Part shown: positions 1 through 8,700 of the stretch, in pieces
Numbering within the stretch: position 1 is the stretch's first letter
Layout: every line of letters starts with the position of its first letter
Source: a virus
Direction: 5' to 3' (one strand)
DNA length: 64,000 nucleotides
IMG/VR virus record: IMGVR_UViG_3300018432_000004
Span: 8,156 to 72,155 of that record
The notes under the pieces: generated by a model
Told to the model about the DNA's origin: nothing
The model's database searches: none
Seen by the model: only the letters and a program-made list of their open reading frames with translations
Translations under genes and position numbers: made by a program

Positions 1-1
1 C

Positions 2-250
2 TCGCAGGAGGGCAACCGCGACGACGGGGGCGCCCGGCGCTCCGAGGTCCGCTGGGCGCTGCTGTACGGCGACGAGTACGACGACGGCACGCCGCTCGCC
101 CGCCCGCCCGTCGAGTCCGACGCGGTCGACGTCGAGCGCGACGGCCTGATCAAGCGCTACATCGTCGGGCCGCGCCCGAGCGAGTTCGACACCGGCAGCG
201 ACGTCTTCGGCGGGCAGGTCGTCCTCGTCGAGGTCGGCGACAGCGCATAA
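2..250 (+). CDS. 5'-truncated ORF, possibly head-closure/head-tail adaptor protein
   Basis: Open frame from the window edge (SQEGNRDD...VLVEVGDSA*), directly before the HK97 gp10-like gene; function from position only. Confidence 0.4.
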   Translation, partial: SQEGNRDDGGARRSEVRWALLYGDEYDDGTPLARPPVESDAVDVERDGLIKRYIVGPRPSEFDTGSDVFGGQVVLVEVGDSA

Positions 251-269
251 CTTATGCCATAACTTATGC
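246..269. repeat. Exact 12-bp tandem duplication of AT-rich near-palindrome CATAACTTATGC
   Basis: cataacttatgc at 246-257 and 258-269; GCATAA-C-TTATGC dyad at 245-257. Confidence 0.95.
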
Positions 270-817
270 CTCTGACGGACCCCGACGCCCTGCTCGACAT
301 GATCGACGCCCACCAGGGCGCCACGCGCCGCGCCGCGCGCCGGATCGCCGACGCCGGCGTCGATCACCTCGAGCGCAGCGTGCAACGCCGGACACCGATC
401 GACACGAACCCCTACCGCGCGAAGCCCGAGCGCCCCCGCGGATCCCTGCGCCGCAGCATCCACCGACGCGCCGGCGTGGACTTCGTCGTGCGGGGCGGCC
501 GCGAGTCCTACCGCGGCACCGTCGAGACGTTCGACCCGATCGCCCGCTACGTCGAGTTCGACACGCCGCCGCACATCATCCGCCCGCGCACGCCCGGCAG
601 GCGCCTGCGCTTCCAGTCGCGCCACGGCTTCGTGGACCGCGACGGCGAGTTCCACCCGCCCGGCACCTGGATCACCGTCACGGAGGTCAAGCACCCCGGC
701 ACGAAGGGCTCCCACATGTTCACCCTCGGCGCGTGGGCCACCGAGCGCGAGTTCCGCGCCTACGCCCGCGACCCGCTCGCGCGCTGGAAGCATGAGGTCG
801 AGTCCGTCCACACCTAG
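266..817 (+). CDS. HK97 gp10-like neck/tail-completion protein
   Basis: RTPIDT..GSLRRSI, ARYVEFDTPPHIIRP..LRF..VKHPGTKG motif pattern; position upstream of the tail genes. Confidence 0.7.
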   Translation: MPLTDPDALLDMIDAHQGATRRAARRIADAGVDHLERSVQRRTPIDTNPYRAKPERPRGSLRRSIHRRAGVDFVVRGGRESYRGTVETFDPIARYVEFDTPPHIIRPRTPGRRLRFQSRHGFVDRDGEFHPPGTWITVTEVKHPGTKGSHMFTLGAWATEREFRAYARDPLARWKHEVESVHT

Positions 818-873
818 TCTCCGCTTGACTCCGAGACTACCCCGGCGCTACAGTGTGCGGCACAAGGCAACCC
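815..873 (+). promoter_or_regulatory. SigA-type promoter with conserved operator/leader motif (copy 1)
   Basis: TTGACT 825-830, 18-bp spacer, TACAGT 849-854, then GTGCGGCACAAGGCAACCC; TAGTCTC/GAGACTA inverted repeat (815-821, 833-839) around the -35. Confidence 0.8.
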
Positions 874-898
874 CCGCCCAGCACGAAGGAGCCGCAAG

Positions 899-1117
899 AT
901 GACCGCAGACCCCCTCTTCACCGCCCCGCAGACGATCCCCGGCCAGCTCGCGATGGCGACCGACCCCGTCGAGGTCGACGCGCACATCGGCGACGCCCGC
1001 AACGGCGCCACCGCGATGGACCGGCTGGAGGACGCGCTCGCCGCAGGCGTCCCGATCGCCGCTCTGCTCGCGGCGCAGACCGACCGGCACGCCGCGATGG
1101 GGTACCGCTTCTCATGA
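899..1117 (+). CDS. Hypothetical protein, 72 aa (moron gene 1)
   Basis: GAAGGAG RBS at 885-891; GC3-rich codons; coupled to the next gene by ATGA. Confidence 0.7.
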   Translation: MTADPLFTAPQTIPGQLAMATDPVEVDAHIGDARNGATAMDRLEDALAAGVPIAALLAAQTDRHAAMGYRFS

Positions 1118-1317
1118 GCGACTCCACGAACATCGCGCACGAGGTAGCCGAGGCGATGGCACGCGGCGAGGAGCATCTCGCCCGCGACCGCTTCGGCGAC
1201 GCGGCTGTCGACGCGGCGATCCGCGCAACCCTTGAGGCCGAGGGCTACGACTTCGACGCGTGCGTCCAGCACGCCAACGGATTCGACGGGCTCGCGGCCG
1301 GGCAGCCGATCCCGTAG
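1114..1317 (+). CDS. Hypothetical protein, 67 aa (moron gene 2)
   Basis: ATG overlaps the upstream stop; MSDSTNIAHEVAEAMARG...; C-terminal part of track ORF 853..1317. Confidence 0.7.
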   Translation: MSDSTNIAHEVAEAMARGEEHLARDRFGDAAVDAAIRATLEAEGYDFDACVQHANGFDGLAAGQPIP

Positions 1318-1361
1318 CATCGCGAACGCGTTCCTTCCGACGCGTTGTTCCGCCGACTCGC

Positions 1362-1395
1362 CCGAAGCCGTCGCGCCTGCCCGCGACGGCTTCGG
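1362..1395 (+). terminator. 14-bp perfect hairpin, probable terminator of the two-gene insert
   Basis: ccgaagccgtcgcg-cctgcc-cgcgacggcttcgg followed by cgcttct. Confidence 0.65.
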
Positions 1396-1420
1396 CGCTT
1401 CTCGACGTAGGCTTGTGCTC

Positions 1421-2239
1421 GTGCGAACTGAGACCGACGCCCTGCTCTCGCTCCAGCGGTTCGTCGCGGCGGCGCTCCCCGACTTCACAGAGGTCCTGAC
1501 GGAGGTCGAGAACGAGCGGCCCGTTCGCCCGTTCGCCGTCGTGTCCAGGGACGACGACCTCACGCCCGACGAGTTCCGGATCGCGCCCGAGGTGACGATG
1601 CCCGTCACGATCTACGCCTACGTCAAGGCGACCACGCGGACGCTCGCGCGCAAGGCCGCCGAGGACGCGAGCGAGCAGCTCTGGCAGGCGCTCCTCGTCG
1701 GCGGCGAGCGCAACCGCGAGCGCCTCGTGCCGCTGTTCGACTACGCCGGCCGACCCGCCGTGCAGCGCGTCCAGCTCGCCGGCGCCACGGCGGGCACCTG
1801 GACCCTCGCGCTCGACGGCGTCGAGTCCGACCCGCTCACCCCTCGAGCGCAGCCCCGCCTCGTGCGCCTCGCCGTCGAGCAGCTCGACCCCGCCTTCGTC
1901 GGCAACGTGTGGGTCTACGGCCGCCTCGGCGGACCGTACGACGTGCGCTTCGACCACGCGCTCCGCGGCGCGCCCGTCGACACGATGACCCTCGACGTCG
2001 GTGGCCTCACCGGGCCCGACCCCGCCGGGTCGATCGAGGTCCTGTCGGTCGGCGCCCCCGAGGCCTGGCGCGGCGAGCGCGACTGGATGCGCGTCGAGGC
2101 GCCCACCTTCGGTGGCCTCGTCGACCCGGACGATTCGCGCCGGCGAACCGTGACCGTCGGACTTCGGTTGACGTGGGGCCGATTCGGGCGTGTACGCTCC
2201 GGCGAGATGAAGCTCCGCACGATCGACCACAGGCTTTGA
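1421..2239 (+). CDS. Putative tail terminator protein with an inserted beta-rich domain
   Basis: GTG 7 nt after TAGGCT (1408-1413); located before the sheath gene; internal VQRVQLAGATAGTWTL..GNVWVYG..GGPYDVRF..LTG segment. Confidence 0.55.
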   Translation: MRTETDALLSLQRFVAAALPDFTEVLTEVENERPVRPFAVVSRDDDLTPDEFRIAPEVTMPVTIYAYVKATTRTLARKAAEDASEQLWQALLVGGERNRERLVPLFDYAGRPAVQRVQLAGATAGTWTLALDGVESDPLTPRAQPRLVRLAVEQLDPAFVGNVWVYGRLGGPYDVRFDHALRGAPVDTMTLDVGGLTGPDPAGSIEVLSVGAPEAWRGERDWMRVEAPTFGGLVDPDDSRRRTVTVGLRLTWGRFGRVRSGEMKLRTIDHRL

Positions 2240-2250
2240 GGAGGGCGCAC

Positions 2251-2622
2251 GTGTCCGACCACGACGAGGCCACCGACGCCCCCAGCGTTGAGGACCTGCG
2301 CGAGCGCGCGAAGGAGCTTGACGTTCCCGGCCGCTCACGCATGAACGGCGAGCAGCTCGCCGCAGCGATCGGGATCGCCGAGCGCAAGAAGGCCGAGGCC
2401 GACGCAGCGATCGCGCGCAGCACAAGCGACGGTCCCCGCGAGCAGAGCTTCCCCGTGTCCCGGCTGCGGTCTGACCCGGCCATCCTGGGCGGCGTCAGCC
2501 GCGCCACCCTCGCCGCCGCGCTCACCGACGCCGACGTCGGCGACGACGACGAGCTCACGCGGCCCGAGGTCGACGAACTCATCGAGCGCTCCCAGCAGCG
2601 CCCGGTCAACGAGGAGGCGTAA
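2251..2622 (+). CDS. Small protein with Rho-N/HeH-like motif
   Basis: GAGGAGG RBS; VEDLRERAKELDVPGRSRMNGEQLAAAI matches the Rho-N-like helix-loop-helix pattern. Confidence 0.65.
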   Translation: MSDHDEATDAPSVEDLRERAKELDVPGRSRMNGEQLAAAIGIAERKKAEADAAIARSTSDGPREQSFPVSRLRSDPAILGGVSRATLAAALTDADVGDDDELTRPEVDELIERSQQRPVNEEA

Positions 2623-2625
2623 CCC

Positions 2626-4125
2626 GTGGCGCAGCTACTCAACGCACCCGACGAGGAGATGATCCTTCCCGGCTCGGGGTTCTACTTCGAGGTCGACCAG
2701 CCGGCCACCTTCCCGGTCTCGGCGGGCTCCCGCGTGCTCGTGCCGTTCACGGCCAACTGGGGCCCGGTCAACGTCCCGGTCGTCCTCGCGAACTACCGCG
2801 AGTACGTCAACGGCGGCGTGCGCAACGGGCAGCGCTTCAGCGGCTTCGGCCCGGCCGACACGTCCGGGCGCCGTCGCGTCCTGCACGCGTTCCTCGGCGA
2901 GGGACTGCCCGGCAAGGGCGGCGCCGGATCGGTCGCCGCCGTCCGCATGGCGACCGCGGCGGCAGCGAAGGCCGCGCACACCTTCAACAACTCCACGCCG
3001 GCGCCCGCGTTGACGATCACGGCGCGCTACGAGGGCACCCGCGGCAACGGCTTCGGCTTCACGCACCGCCCCGGCGCCGAGGCCGGAACCGACGAGTTCG
3101 TGCTGATCGAGGGCGGCCGCGAGAAGGAGGTCTACCCCTACCCCGAGACGAACGTCGCGCAGCTCGCGGCGGACATCAACGCGACGACGACCTCGCTCAT
3201 CACGGCCGCGTCGGTCATCACGGGGGTCGCGCTCGCCGACGTGTCGAACGTGGCGCTCACCGGCGGCAACGACGGCTCCGGCCTGCTCGTCGGCGACTGG
3301 ACCGCGTTGTTCGACGCGCTCGCCTACGAGCCGTTCGGCGTCTTCGCCGCCGCCGGCCTGACCGACGCCGGGATCCTCGCCGCGCTCTACGCGTGGCAGG
3401 AGGAATCCGAGGCGCTCGGCAAGCCGTTCATGGTCGTCGAGGGCGGACCGGCCGCCGAGGGGTTCAGCGCGCACAAGACGCGCGCGACCGCCCGCAACAA
3501 CTCCAACGTCATCGTGTTCGGCACCGGCAGCATCGGCGACACCGTCCTCAGCGGCGACGGCACGGAGATCGTCATCTCCACGGCCGAGGCCGCCGCTCGA
3601 GTCGCGGGCGCGGTCGCGCGCCGCGGCGAGGCGCTCGACATGGTGAACGTCCGGTTCGCCGGCTGGCGCGCGATCGCCGGCGCCAACCGCTCGCAGGCCG
3701 AGATCGCCGCCTCGTCGGGGATGACGCTGCTCACCCGTGACGGCGACCCCGACGCCCCGACAAAGATCGGGCTCGGCGTCACGTCCTACTCCGTCGGCAC
3801 CCTCGAGCGTCCGCTGTGGCACTACTCCAACGTGAAGTTCGTCCGCACCGACCACGGGCTCGTGACCGACATCACGGCCGACCAGGAGTTCGGCGACCTC
3901 ATCGGCGAGATGGGCGTCGGCGAGCGCGCCCGCGACATCGTGCTCGGCCGCGCCACGGAGATCGTCGCGGAGCGCATCCGGCGCGGCATCCTGCAGCCGC
4001 GCACGACGGTCATGCTCGACCCCGACGTCCCGATCGACGACAACTCCGACGAGATCGCGCTGGCCTACGACGTGTGGGACGTTCGCGGCCTGCGCAAGAT
4101 CCGCAACCGCATCCGACTGCACTAG
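2626..4125 (+). CDS. Contractile tail sheath protein (XkdK-like)
   Basis: 499 aa; PGSGFYFE, VPFTANWGPVN, TARYEGTRGN, LTGGNDG, sheath-like C-terminus. Confidence 0.9.
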   Translation: MAQLLNAPDEEMILPGSGFYFEVDQPATFPVSAGSRVLVPFTANWGPVNVPVVLANYREYVNGGVRNGQRFSGFGPADTSGRRRVLHAFLGEGLPGKGGAGSVAAVRMATAAAAKAAHTFNNSTPAPALTITARYEGTRGNGFGFTHRPGAEAGTDEFVLIEGGREKEVYPYPETNVAQLAADINATTTSLITAASVITGVALADVSNVALTGGNDGSGLLVGDWTALFDALAYEPFGVFAAAGLTDAGILAALYAWQEESEALGKPFMVVEGGPAAEGFSAHKTRATARNNSNVIVFGTGSIGDTVLSGDGTEIVISTAEAAARVAGAVARRGEALDMVNVRFAGWRAIAGANRSQAEIAASSGMTLLTRDGDPDAPTKIGLGVTSYSVGTLERPLWHYSNVKFVRTDHGLVTDITADQEFGDLIGEMGVGERARDIVLGRATEIVAERIRRGILQPRTTVMLDPDVPIDDNSDEIALAYDVWDVRGLRKIRNRIRLH

Positions 4126-4134
4126 GAGACCCCC

Positions 4135-4734
4135 GTGGCCGAGCCCGCAAACGACGGCAACATCCGCATCTCCGGCCGATTCGGCGAGGTGTTCATCGTC
4201 CAGCGCGCCCTCGTCTTCCCCGGCGGCGGCGAGCGCATCCCCGGCCCGCCGGTCGGCCTCAAGCTCATGGAGGTCGAGTCGATCGAGGCGACGCAGGAGC
4301 GGACGTTCGTGGACGTCAACCTGCCCGGCACGGGCGAGGTCGGCAGCAAGCGCAGCAGCATCTCGCGCAACGGCACGATGACCGTCCAGCACATCACGAC
4401 GGAGTGGCAGCAGTACGTCAACGCCGTCCAGTTCACCGGCACGCTGCGCGAGCGCCGGCGCGCCCGCGACATCGGGCAGCGGCTCGACGGCAAGCTCGTC
4501 CTCCAGATCTGGAATGACGACGACGCCGCCCTCGGCGCCGAGGGCTGGCAGGCGTCCGGCGTCGACATCGGCCGCCTGACCGTCGGCTTCTCGCAGGACG
4601 ACCTGCTCACCCGCGAGCTGCCCTACCGCTTCGACGACCTCAAGTGCATCCGCGGCTTCCAGCGCCTCGGCGGTCAGATCGACGCCGTGACCGGCCTGCC
4701 GTCGATCGAGTACACCGTCGGCGCTCCGGCCTGA
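4135..4734 (+). CDS. Tail tube protein (XkdM-like)
   Basis: Follows the sheath; ISGRFGEVFI..GSKRSSISRNGTMT..RELPYRFDD pattern. Confidence 0.75.
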   Translation: MAEPANDGNIRISGRFGEVFIVQRALVFPGGGERIPGPPVGLKLMEVESIEATQERTFVDVNLPGTGEVGSKRSSISRNGTMTVQHITTEWQQYVNAVQFTGTLRERRRARDIGQRLDGKLVLQIWNDDDAALGAEGWQASGVDIGRLTVGFSQDDLLTRELPYRFDDLKCIRGFQRLGGQIDAVTGLPSIEYTVGAPA

Positions 4735-4758
4735 GCACGACCCGCTCGAGCACGTCCC

Positions 4759-4782
4759 CGCCGCCGCCTACGGGCGGCGGCG
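4759..4782 (+). terminator. GC hairpin with UACG tetraloop after the tube gene
   Basis: cgccgccgcc-tacg-ggcggcggcg; followed by TAGGCT at 4808-4813. Confidence 0.55.
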
Positions 4783-4853
4783 ATCGTTGGAGGTCCTGCG
4801 CAGGGGCTAGGCTACGCCGGGCAAGCAGCCCCCCGTACCCCGAGGAGGACCCG

Positions 4854-5411
4854 ATGCCAGCCGATCCGTCGCCCGAGGGCGCCGACGCCGTGAAGGACGC
4901 CGCGACGAACCCGAGCCCGAGCCCGCAGGTCGCCGCGAGCGCCCTCGCCTTCTTCATGGGGGACGCGCCGCCGCCCGGCAGCACCCCCGACGACCACTTC
5001 CCGCTATCGATCGACTTCGGGACCGTCGCGCGCCCGAACTTCCAGACCTGCACGTTCCGGCCGCTCGACAACGAGGAGCTCGTGAAGTGCGAGGAGCTCG
5101 CCACGGTCAAGGACGACGCCGGCCAGATCACGCGCATCGACCCGTTCACGCGGTGGTCCTACGTCTACGCCTACGCGTGCATCACCCCGGACCTCGACGG
5201 AGTACTCCGGGCGCGCATCGAGAAGGGCGACACCGTGAACCCGAAGACGGGCAGGCCGTGGGTCGATACCGCCGACCTCGTGCGGCACGTCTTCCGCAAG
5301 CAGCCCGGAGTACTCCAGCAGGCGTCGCACGCGATCGAGGAGCGCTCGCGCCTCGGGCAGGAGCGCGGGAGCGCGGTCCGCGAGGTCGAGGCGGGAAAAG
5401 GCTCGTCCTAG
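4854..5411 (+). CDS. Tail assembly chaperone (XkdN/gpG-like)
   Basis: GAGGAGG RBS; between tube and tape measure; ends just after a slippery heptamer. Confidence 0.8.
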   Translation: MPADPSPEGADAVKDAATNPSPSPQVAASALAFFMGDAPPPGSTPDDHFPLSIDFGTVARPNFQTCTFRPLDNEELVKCEELATVKDDAGQITRIDPFTRWSYVYAYACITPDLDGVLRARIEKGDTVNPKTGRPWVDTADLVRHVFRKQPGVLQQASHAIEERSRLGQERGSAVREVEAGKGSS

Positions 5412-5719
5412 CCGGCGGCGAGGCGTCGCTGCTGCATCGCGTCTGGCGGTACGGCGGCGGCGACTGGACGCTGCCGTGGCGGATCTACCACGGCCTCGGC
5501 GAGGACTTCCGCCCGCTCAACGACCCTGCGGCTGCGCCGCGCCTCATCCAGCACGTCGCGCGCTACCGGCGGCTGATGTACGGCTTCGCGAAGGCGTCGG
5601 CCGTGCTCGAGGAGGGCGCGCCGGACAGGGCGCAGCCGCCGCGCCCGAGTCGCTCGCGCGACCAGCGCACGCCCGGCGGCGTCGTACTGCCGACGGGCAG
5701 CACCGCACCTCCGCGATGA
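5393..5719 (+). CDS. -1 frameshift extension of the tail assembly chaperone (gpGT-like)
   Basis: G GGA AAA at 5393-5399 in X XXY YYZ register; -1 frame open to 5719, ending 10 nt before the tape measure start. Confidence 0.8.
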   Translation, partial: GKRLVLAGGEASLLHRVWRYGGGDWTLPWRIYHGLGEDFRPLNDPAAAPRLIQHVARYRRLMYGFAKASAVLEEGAPDRAQPPRPSRSRDQRTPGGVVLPTGSTAPPR

Positions 5720-5729
5720 TCTGACCGGG

Positions 5730-8700
5730 ATGCCAATCGCAACCGCCAGCTCGGCCTACGTCCTCGAGGACCGCGCGAGCCCCGCCCTGCGCGGCATCCG
5801 GCAGGAGGCGGTCCGTACGACGGCCGCGCTGCGGGGCACCGCCGACGCCGGCGACAAGATCGGCGCGCCCGCGCAGCTCCAGCGCCTCGAGCGCTTCGAG
5901 AAGCGCCTCGGGTCCGTAGCGCGCACGGCGGAGAACATGAGCGGGCGCGTACAGCGCACCGTCGGACACATGGAGGGCGTGATCCGACGCGACACGCTCA
6001 AGGCCGAGGCGCGCATCACCGCTCTCGGCGGGCGCATGGACGAGCTCGCGCGCAAGCGCGCCGCACCGCGCGTCGACCTGGACGGCTACGCGGTCACGCT
6101 CGCGCAGATCGCGAGCCTGGACCGCGCAATCGCCGCGCTCGGGCGCCGCACGGCCACGATGGGGGTCGGAACCACCGGCGGCGGCGCGGCGGCGGCTGCC
6201 GCAGGCGGCGCGGGCCGCGCCGCTGGCCGCTCCGGCGCGTTCATCGGCTCGGGCGGCGTCGGCTTCGGCACGACCAGGCGCGGCCTCATCGCCGGTGCGG
6301 CCGTCACGGCGCTGCCGGTCGTCAGCGCCCTCACGGGCACGATCCTTCCCCTCGCGGGGTCGCTGAGCGGCGCAACGGTCGCGGGGGGCGCCACAAGCCT
6401 CGCAGCCGGCGGCGCGCTCGCCGCCGGCATCGGCGCCGTCGTGTCGGTCGCGAAGCCCGCGAACGCCGCGGTCAAGGAGCTGCGCAAGGAGCAGGAGCGC
6501 TACACCGAGGCCGTCCGCGCGTACGGCCCGGCGAGCGAGCAGGCGCTCGAGGCGCAGAAGGCGCTCGACGCGCAGGTCCGCAAGTCGCCGGCGGGCGCGC
6601 GGAACCTCATCCGCGAGCTGGACGCGCTCACCGGCCGCTGGCGCCGCGTGACGCAGGCCGGCCAGACGGACATCCTCGGCCTGCGCGCCGGCGCCGCGCA
6701 GCGCGTGCGCTCGGCCTCCCCGTTCCTAGGCGAGCAGTCCAACCGCGCCGCCGGCGCCGTGCGCCGCGAGGGCCTCAACTTCACCGACTGGGCGACGAGC
6801 CCGGCGGGGCTCATCATCGTCCGCGACCTCACCGACGCGTTCGTCGACAACCTCGACGAGGCCGAGGGCACCCTGGAGAACATCGCCGGCACGTTCGGCA
6901 ACATCGCGCGGGCGTCGCGGCCGTTCTTCGACGAGGGCATGGACTTCCTCGAGCGCTGGACCGGCGGGTGGGAGCACTCAACCCGCGACATAGGTGAGAC
7001 GCGCCGAACGATCGGCGGCTACCTCAACGACCTCAAGGCGTGGGGACGACTCGGCGGCGCCGGCTTCGATCTGATCCGCGACCTCATCATGCCCGGCCGC
7101 CAGCAGGGCACGAGCGCCGTCGAGGACCTCACGATGCAGCTCCGCGAGTGGGACGACTGGGCGAAGCGCAACCCCGAGCGCATCCGCCGCTTCTACCGCG
7201 ACAGCATCGACGGCACGAAGGAGCTGGCCGGCTTCATCGGCGTCATCGCCCGCGACCTGCACGAGGTCGGGCAGCTCCTCCTGCCGATCCTCAGCCGCTT
7301 CGCGCAGCTCGGGCAGCTCGCCGGCGGCGCCGGCCTGCTGTTGCCGACGCTGCTGCGCCTCGGCCTCGGCCGCGCGATGGGCGGGCGCGGCGCCGGCGGC
7401 GGCGGAGCGGGAGGCGGAGCGGGAGCAGGCGGCTCCCCGATAATCGTGGGCGGTCCAGGACGGGCCGCAGGCGCCGCGCCGCGCACCGACTGGACCGGCT
7501 GGACCGGAGGCACCGCCGCGCGCCCGACGAGCAGGCTCGCAGGCGCCCGCCAGCGCGCCGTAGGCGGCGCGCGCTCGGCCGGACGGTTCGCAGCCCCGGT
7601 AGCGGGCATCTCGGGCGTGCTGGGCGCCGCGGGCACGCAGGGCGACCTCAACCAGCGCGTGCAGGGCGGCGTGTCGGCGCTCACGTTCGGCGCGCTGCGC
7701 GGGCCGACGACATCGGCGCAGGCGCGCGAGCAGGGCGAGGCGCGCGCGATCGGCGACGTCGAGCGCCTCAACGTCCCGCGCTCGCCTGCGGACTACCGCC
7801 GGCAGATCGCTCGCCTCGAGCGCCAGCGCGCGGCCGCGCGTGCGAAGGCGGGCCCCCCCGATCGTGCCGGCAGCATCGTCGACAAGATCCCGGTCATCGG
7901 CGGCGCGTCGAAGGCGATCGGCGACACATTCTTCGGCGACGACGAGGCGGAGGCGAGGCGCAACGCCGCGGCCGTCAAGAAGTACACGGCGGCGATCCGC
8001 GAGCTGCGCGCCGAGCAGCGCTCCTACCGCAACGAGCAGGACCGCCGGAAGGGCGTCGCGTCGCAGGCGCACGGCGGCGCGCTCGCCTCCAGCCTGCAGG
8101 AGGGCTTCGGCACGCTGCGCCGCCACGAGGGGCCCGAGGCAGCGCTGCAGCAGACCGTCGACAAGACCGTCGCGAAGATGCGCCAGATGCGCCCCGAGGG
8201 CGCGAAGATCCTCGGCGAGTCGATGCTTGAGTGGGGGCGCACGATCGCGCGCGGCAACCCCCGCATGCAGGCGATCGTGGCCGACATGACCAGCTCGATC
8301 GAGCGGCGCTTCGCGCGGATGGGCAAGCGCGTCGAGGTCGTCAACGGGCGCATCCTGACGGGCTCGCGGTCGGAGTGGCGGCAGATCAGCAACGCGCTGT
8401 CGATGCCCGCAGAGGAGGCGCAGCAGCGCGTCACGAAGGCGTTCACGGCGATTCAGCGCGAAGCGATCGGCTCGCTCAAGTCGATGGGGTTCAGCTCGTC
8501 GGAGGCGACGGCGATCGTCAAGGGCCGCGAGTCCGGCGGCGACAAGGGACGCGCCGCCGACTACGCCGTGAAGCAGGGCCCCGACAGCTACCAGGCCGGC
8601 GTGGTCGGCGGTCAAAAGGCGGGACCGCCGTCGGCGCCTAAGCGCGCGCGCGGCGGCCGGATTCCCGGTCAGGGCCTCGCCGACAAGGTCCCGTTCGGCG

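Noticed and set aside
243-269. Resemblance of GCGCATAA/TTATG to Xer dif arms and of ATAACTT to loxP
   Set aside because: Spacer is 1 bp (or 13 bp across copies) rather than 6-8 bp, outer arm bases do not match, and no tyrosine recombinase is in the window
7370-7450. Gly/Ala ggc-ggc-gga repeats in the tape measure gene
   Set aside because: Low-complexity protein linker, not a DNA-level repeat element
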